Shown here: one piece after another, positions 59,501-64,000 of the stretch
How positions within the stretch are numbered: position 1 is the first letter of the stretch
How the letters are laid out: each line of letters opens with the position of its first letter
DNA from: Candidatus Eiseniibacteriota bacterium
GTDB lineage: Bacteria > Eisenbacteria > RBG-16-71-46 > JABDJR01
Assembly (NCBI GenBank): GCA_963762255.1
Contig: CAVXKA010000002.1
Span: 544,001-608,000, forward strand
Length of the DNA stretch: 64,000 bases
Direction: 5' to 3'
Notes under the pieces: generated by a model
Told to the model about the DNA's origin: nothing
Seen by the model: the letters and a program-made list of their open reading frames with translations, nothing else
Database searches by the model: none
Program-made: the position numbers and the translations under genes

Positions 59501-59929
59501 TTCCCGCCATACGAGCAGGTTTCCGGGAGCGATGTCGCCGTGGACGAAACCTCGACGGTGCATGTAGGCAAGACCGCGCAAGGACTGGGTCAACGCGGCC
59601 CACACTGCGGCCTCGCCCCCTTCGTCCCACAGGCGCTCGGCGGGCACCGCCGGCACGAATTCGAGCAGATGAGCGACGTCGTGGCCGTCGCGGACCAGAC
59701 CGCGCGACTCGATGAGGCATGGATGGGAGAGCGTCCCGAGGAGGCGGTACTCGGCGACCAGGCTGTCGCACGACGCCGAGGACTCTGCGATCTTGAGCGC
59801 GGCGACGTGGCCTGTCCAAGTGTCGCGCACGCGGAAGAGGCGTCCTTCCGCGCCGCGCGCGAGCGGGGTCCACTCGGTGAACCGGCCGCCGAAACGCAGT
59901 GTGTCTTCTGTGCTCACCGCCACGTTCAC
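56537..59929 (-). CDS. Ser/Thr protein kinase + degenerate P-loop NTPase + TPR-like repeats
   Basis: AALK, HGDIAPGN, DLGL, GTPGYMAPE; GRVGSGRKT; helical repeats; AGGAG RBS before GTG 59929. Confidence 0.85.
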   Translation of the reverse strand: MNVAVSTEDTLRFGGRFTEWTPLARGAEGRLFRVRDTWTGHVAALKIAESSASCDSLVAEYRLLGTLSHPCLIESRGLVRDGHDVAHLLEFVPAVPAERLWDEGGEAAVWAALTQSLRGLAYMHRRGFVHGDIAPGNLLVWREGERWRAKVADLGLTLPLTEARAAGVRGTPGYMAPESARGEGAGPAADLFSLAVTAVMWIDGRHPLEGASPAEMLRRLVSGSFLPSSRRVVSRELVDLIALLGSSDPAVRGIGDWDDLRARTDAWGPPVTHGGVYGLESQLAEWRSWARGLPTGRTGGILVRGRVGSGRKTLCRAMVRALVADGWTALAEQPLESVRDLLEASPGDPDPVILARELVERFSGQDAVVPWPERAGDLESRLLRSFVVSREEEGSGSRTCVLKAASATEDDADGAWVMTTTRSIDASWPGPDIAALRSLRDDLFPEEEGYGAAKEPPEVGAGASPLSLVRLKQVGSGSGADLTDEAMSAEVVRIWSHASGSARDALSLLAWSERGWRWVSLGRALGMAGAPLLEVERELETLGLSQRDYERGELQERMADRMVQSALMDVAEGHLSDACLADVCRCLEADPGVHPGDLALAGEMVRHGRLPVRYLEDALSAAIGAGRFEAVIGFWARVVEEGNLDAAHHRFVWEVALRAVQRLGRFPEEVRVLEDLLKAMPDAAEAVEWRKMLATARFAVGDWQRAVSECDELIALTGISASDRIWARLQKAEFLWQTGHFEEADEVYGTLDPGNLPSKELLLRYFVGRARAAGQQRLLAEMQHYLAAAQRALGEELCAREPLFLHAIAGVMQNTGEQVLGESIATRAAGLAAEAGRWKDYVMIASRAGSLAMEAGKVRQAHRTGTRAISVAMALGSDRMADLAENAVAFYEVNLGHLGPVLRRQARLLERGRRSEDHVLLTQCYRLGMFLGCRAGFPDLIAGSLQAMAEAERWRHSGFIDECLGLLDSGAGRWESARDRFHNSVLGYRRSGMADAEAMSSVLLALAHWKLDAPDVARTHFQVGADFFQTGKFPFAQPVFRIIGWELGWEAPGDAPGELMKSLKSEGRQMDLATWGVELIRSSHATQRLLIQKAVLAAITQIADSFESADLKRDYLLFPRTRAALLAVRD

Positions 59930-60050
59930 GCCAAGCTCCTGAAAGCGTTGACTGGAGAGGGTCGGACATCGAAACTCTACCCGACTTTGCGCGGGGGCGC
60001 ACCGGGGCTCTGTGCTCCAGGGGCCCCGCACCAGAATCATGGAGGCTGTC

Positions 60051-61004
60051 ATGCGCACGTTCTATCCGCCCATCGAGCCGTACCGCTCCGGTCATCTCCG
60101 GGTGTCCGATCTCCACGAGATCCACTACGAAGAGTGCGGTCGTCCGGACGGTCTCCCTGCCGTGTTCGTGCACGGGGGTCCCGGGGGCGGGATCGTTCCG
60201 CTCTACCGTCAGTTCTTCGATCCAGATGCGTACCGCATCGTTCTCTTCGAACAGCGAGGATGCGGGGAGAGTCGGCCGCACGCGAGCCTTGTCGACAACA
60301 CGACGTGGCACTTGGTCGAGGACATGGAGAAGCTGCGCGAGTCCCTGGGGATCTCGAAATGGGTTGTGTTCGGCGGCTCCTGGGGCAGCACGCTCGCCCT
60401 CGCGTACGCGGAAACCCACCCGGAGCGCGTGCTTGCCCTGGTGCTGCGCGGCATCTTCCTTCTGCGCCCGAGCGAGATTCGGTGGTTCTACCAGGACGGC
60501 GCCAGCCACATCTTCGCGGACGCCTGGGAGCACTACGTCGAGCCGATCCCCCTCGAAGAGCGCGACGACTTCGTTCGCGCCTACTATCGGCGGCTGACCA
60601 GCGATGATGCCTCGGTGCGCGCGCGCGCGGCCAAGGCCTGGAGCATCTGGGAGGCATCCACGAGCAAGCTCTTTCCCGATCCGAACCTCATCGCCACGTT
60701 TTCGCAGGACGCCTTCGCCGACGCGTTCGCGCGAATCGAGTGCCACTATTTCGTGAACAAGGGCTTCTTCACACACCCGGATCAACTGCTGGACGGTGCC
60801 GAGCGCATTCGGCACATTCCCGGCGTCATCGTTCAGGGACGCTATGACGTCGTCTGCCCGATGGTGAGCGCCTGGGACTTGCACAGGCGGTGGCCGGAGG
60901 CCGAGTTCCACCTGATCCCTGACGCAGGTCATGCCGCCAGCGAGCCTGGGATTACGGACAGATTGATCCAGGCGACGGACCGGTTCCGCAAACTCATTGT
61001 TTGA
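60051..61004 (+). CDS. pip: Proline iminopeptidase
   Basis: HGGPG, QRGCG, GGSWG, LRGIF, GRYD, AGH. Confidence 0.95.
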   Translation: MRTFYPPIEPYRSGHLRVSDLHEIHYEECGRPDGLPAVFVHGGPGGGIVPLYRQFFDPDAYRIVLFEQRGCGESRPHASLVDNTTWHLVEDMEKLRESLGISKWVVFGGSWGSTLALAYAETHPERVLALVLRGIFLLRPSEIRWFYQDGASHIFADAWEHYVEPIPLEERDDFVRAYYRRLTSDDASVRARAAKAWSIWEASTSKLFPDPNLIATFSQDAFADAFARIECHYFVNKGFFTHPDQLLDGAERIRHIPGVIVQGRYDVVCPMVSAWDLHRRWPEAEFHLIPDAGHAASEPGITDRLIQATDRFRKLIV

Positions 61005-61222
61005 CAGCAGGTTTCGCCGTTTCTGCGCCAGATCTGGAAGCGCTGGGGACCCGGTAGAAAATTGCGATCAGACTGCCAACGATACGATTTTGGTAGCACC
61101 CGAACAGCACTTTGAGTGAAAATAAGCGCCATCGGCGAGTGCGACTCAATCGCATCTCGCCCGCTTCGCTCCCTACCCATAATCGGAGAACCTGTCCACT
61201 GGCTTTATGCCAAGGAGGAATC

Positions 61223-61871
61223 ATGCGACGTCAAAGGCTATCGCGTGGCCGGGCTGCTCTTCCTGATCGTGGCCATCCCCTCGTTCTTCCTGTTCCACTC
61301 GCCTGCACCGCCGGCCAACGCCGCGGTAGGCGATCTCTATCTCGAACTCGCCCCCAGCTCATTCGCGCCCGGCGTTCTCACTTTCAGTGTCGCCGGGCCT
61401 GCAATCCCCCCGACGGGATCCATCTGGCACGAGCTCTATCCCGCCTTCTGCACCATGCTCCCCCAAGAGGGGTACGGTGACAACGGGGACGGCGTGGTTT
61501 CCGTCTGCGACGCCATTCAGTGGGGTGGGGTGGTCTACCACATCGATTGGGTGGGACCCACGTACCACTTGATGGCTGTCGGCACCGCCCTCGACACCTA
61601 TTGGGAGCCGACCGACCCGAACCACAATCCCGCCAATCCTGTATGCGAGAGCTGGCAGGAAGTCCATCCGGATTTCGGCATGCTCCATCACATCGACGAG
61701 TGGCAGGATGCGAACGGAACCGGCGTGGTCGACGCATGCGACATGATTGCGTCCGGAGGGATTCTGTACCACGTCGAAGAGGTGAGTTTGAACATCCGCG
61801 TCACTCCGGGTGGAACGCCGACCGAACAGTCGACCTGGGGCAAGATCAAGAGCCACCTCTGGCCCTTCTAG
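61223..61871 (+). CDS. Secreted protein with two Cys/Trp/His repeats and STWGKIK tail (+1 frameshift at about 61229)
   Basis: AAGGAGG RBS then ATG 61223, one base out of frame with the signal peptide VKGYRVAGLLFLIV. Confidence 0.65.
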
Positions 61872-61897
61872 AGTCCGACCTGTGGGATGAATCGATC

Positions 61898-61929
61898 AGG
61901 GCCCGTCCGGCTCGTCCGGGCGGGCCCTT
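61898..61929 (+). terminator. GC-rich hairpin, probable terminator
   Basis: AGGGCCCGTCCGG-CTCGT-CCGGGCGGGCCCT. Confidence 0.55.
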
Positions 61930-62042
61930 CACGTGTCGACGCACAGGCCGATTCCGCACCCTTGCCAGGAACCCCGCGATCGCGGTTTAGTTGTGCCGTC
62001 GAACGACCCCACGTCCTTACCGTCAGCCACAGGAGGCCTCGC

Positions 62043-62252
62043 ATGACCGACCATGTGTACAAGCAAGTCGAGATCACCGGAACCTCGTCCAAGTCCCCGC
62101 AAGACGCCGTCGAGCGCGCGATCGCCAAGGCTGCGCAAACGGTGCACAACCTGCGCTGGTTTCAGGTGACCGAGACGCGGGGTGCCATCACCGACGCCAA
62201 GGTGTCGCAGTGGCAGGTGACGGTGAAGATCGGATTCACGCTCGAAGATTGA
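62043..62252 (+). CDS. Dodecin family flavin-binding protein
   Basis: HVYKQVEITGTS...NLRWFQV...WQVTVKIGF. Confidence 0.93.
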   Translation: MTDHVYKQVEITGTSSKSPQDAVERAIAKAAQTVHNLRWFQVTETRGAITDAKVSQWQVTVKIGFTLED

Positions 62253-62308
62253 TCGATCCTCGCCGGCGGCCACCGACCGAAACCAGCCTTTCACAGCAGA
62301 GAGGAAGG

Positions 62309-64000
62309 GTGAGCACCGTGGACCGATTCTGGACGAAGCATTACGACGAAGGGGTACCCGCGGTTCCCCAGTTCCTGGAACGCACCGTCGTGGATTTCCT
62401 CTACGACTCCGCGCAGAAGTGGCCCGAGCAGCCTGCGCTCAGCTTCATGGGCAAGGCCCTCACCTACCGCGAATTGGTGGATCAGGTCGACGCGTTTGCC
62501 GCGGGTCTGGCGGAACTCGGGGTCGTGAAGGACAGTCGGGTCGCCCTGTGGCTCCCCAATCTGCCGCAGATGGTGATCGCGTACTTTGCCACGCTCCGGC
62601 TGGGGGCTCAGGTCGTCAACAGCAACCCGCTCTACGTGGAGCGCGAGATCGAGCACCAGTTCAACGATGCTGGGGTGAGCGTCGTCGTCACCCTCGACTT
62701 CCTCTGGTGGTACAAACTGCGGGGCATCCTGGATCGAACGTGCGTCAAGCATGTCGTCGTCGGCTCGATCCCCGACTACCTGCCGTTCCCCCTGCGCACC
62801 CTTGCGCCCCTCAAGCTGAAGCGGACGAAGCAGTGGGTGCAGGTTCCCCGCGATCCTCGCGTCCGGTTCTTCAAGGAAATGATCGCGGAGCGCCGACCCG
62901 CCCCGCCCAGAGTGGACATCCCGCTCGATCATGTCGCCCTCCTGCAGTACACCGGCGGCACCACCGGATCGGCCAAGGGTGCCATGCTCACGCACCGGAA
63001 CATCTCGATCAACGCTCAGCAGTGCGCGTACTGGTTCCCTTTCGCTGAACCGGGACGGGAAGTGCTCCTGGCCTGCCTTCCCCTCTTCCACGTGTTCGGG
63101 ATGACGGTGTCCATGCTCTGGCCCATCTTCAAGGGATTCCATATCGTCATGGCGCCGAACCCGCGAGACATCAAGGACCTGGTCAAGAGCATCACGAAGC
63201 GGCGGGTCTCGCTCTTCCCCGCCGTCCCGGCTCTCTTTGCCGCCATCAACAACTACCCGCATATCGACAAGCTCGATATCACCAGCATCAAGGGTTGTTT
63301 CTCGGGATCGGCTCCGCTCCCGGTCGCGGTGATGGAACGCTTCGAGGCGCTCACCGGCGGCAAGATCACCGAGGGCTTCGGCCTCACCGAGACATCGCCC
63401 GTCACCCATGGGAACCCGGTGCACGGCCTGCGTAAGCCGGGGTCGGTGGGCGTCCCGGTGCCCGGTACGGATGCCAAGATCGTCGACATGGAGACCGGAG
63501 AGAGGGAGCTTGGCGTGAACGAGGAAGGCGAGCTTTGCATCAAGGGGCCGCAGGTCATGGCCGGCTATTGGAATCGCCCCGAGGAAACCGCGCAGACGCT
63601 GAGGGACGGATGGGTCTACACCGGCGATCTGGCGAGGATGGACGAGGACGGCTACTTCTTCATCGTCGGTCGCAAGAAGGACATGATCCTCGTCAACGGC
63701 TGCAACGTGTACCCCGACGAAGTCGACGGAGTACTGGCCGCCCATCCCGCGGTTCTCGAGGCCGCCACCGTCGGTATCCCGGACGAAAGACGCGGTGAGA
63801 TTCCCGTCTCGTTCGTGGTCCTGAAGCCGGACCGGAAGCTGACGGTCGAAGAGTTGCGGGCCTACTGCAAGACCCAGCTCGCGGCGTACAAGCTCCCGAA
63901 GCGGATCGAGTTCATTCCCGAAATGCCGAAGAGCGCCATGATGAAGATCCTGCGCCGGGAGCTGAAGGAGATGGCGCAGAAAGAAGCCCGTCCCAGCTGA
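62309..64000 (+). CDS. Long-chain fatty acid-CoA ligase
   Basis: YTGGTTG.AKG, EGFGLTE, GYW, TGD, GRKKD; stop at the last codon of the window. Confidence 0.93.
   Translation: MSTVDRFWTKHYDEGVPAVPQFLERTVVDFLYDSAQKWPEQPALSFMGKALTYRELVDQVDAFAAGLAELGVVKDSRVALWLPNLPQMVIAYFATLRLGAQVVNSNPLYVEREIEHQFNDAGVSVVVTLDFLWWYKLRGILDRTCVKHVVVGSIPDYLPFPLRTLAPLKLKRTKQWVQVPRDPRVRFFKEMIAERRPAPPRVDIPLDHVALLQYTGGTTGSAKGAMLTHRNISINAQQCAYWFPFAEPGREVLLACLPLFHVFGMTVSMLWPIFKGFHIVMAPNPRDIKDLVKSITKRRVSLFPAVPALFAAINNYPHIDKLDITSIKGCFSGSAPLPVAVMERFEALTGGKITEGFGLTETSPVTHGNPVHGLRKPGSVGVPVPGTDAKIVDMETGERELGVNEEGELCIKGPQVMAGYWNRPEETAQTLRDGWVYTGDLARMDEDGYFFIVGRKKDMILVNGCNVYPDEVDGVLAAHPAVLEAATVGIPDERRGEIPVSFVVLKPDRKLTVEELRAYCKTQLAAYKLPKRIEFIPEMPKSAMMKILRRELKEMAQKEARPS

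Overview
GC-rich bacterial chromosomal window, mostly housekeeping: ahcY (partial), mdh, a TIGR03960/TIGR03936-like gene followed by rne/rng-rplU-rpmA, mreBCD-mrdA-rodA, moaA, lgt, mlaEFD-like ABC genes, metH, lexA, an ABC-F ATPase, tRNA-Glu, pip, dodecin and an acyl-CoA ligase. A FlgD-Ig-like tail, a GWxTD protein and a 'STWGKIK' C-terminus suggest an FCB-related lineage such as Eisenbacteria, Krumholzibacteriota or Latescibacterota (inference only). Highlights: (1) an unannotated ~200-nt highly structured RNA with its own promoter and terminator between lexA and tRNA-Glu; (2) a 60-aa lipopeptide gene behind a sigma-54-type promoter, tail-to-tail with a kinase-NTPase-TPR protein and flanked by two aminopeptidases; (3) a radical-SAM homologue that has lost CxxxCxxC; (4) an HNH gene carrying three copies of an 18-bp palindrome; (5) a small gene upstream of lexA with a clamp-motif-like QGDLF. 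Five genes contain frameshifts, probably consensus errors. All calls come from reading motifs by eye; no searches or folding programs were run.
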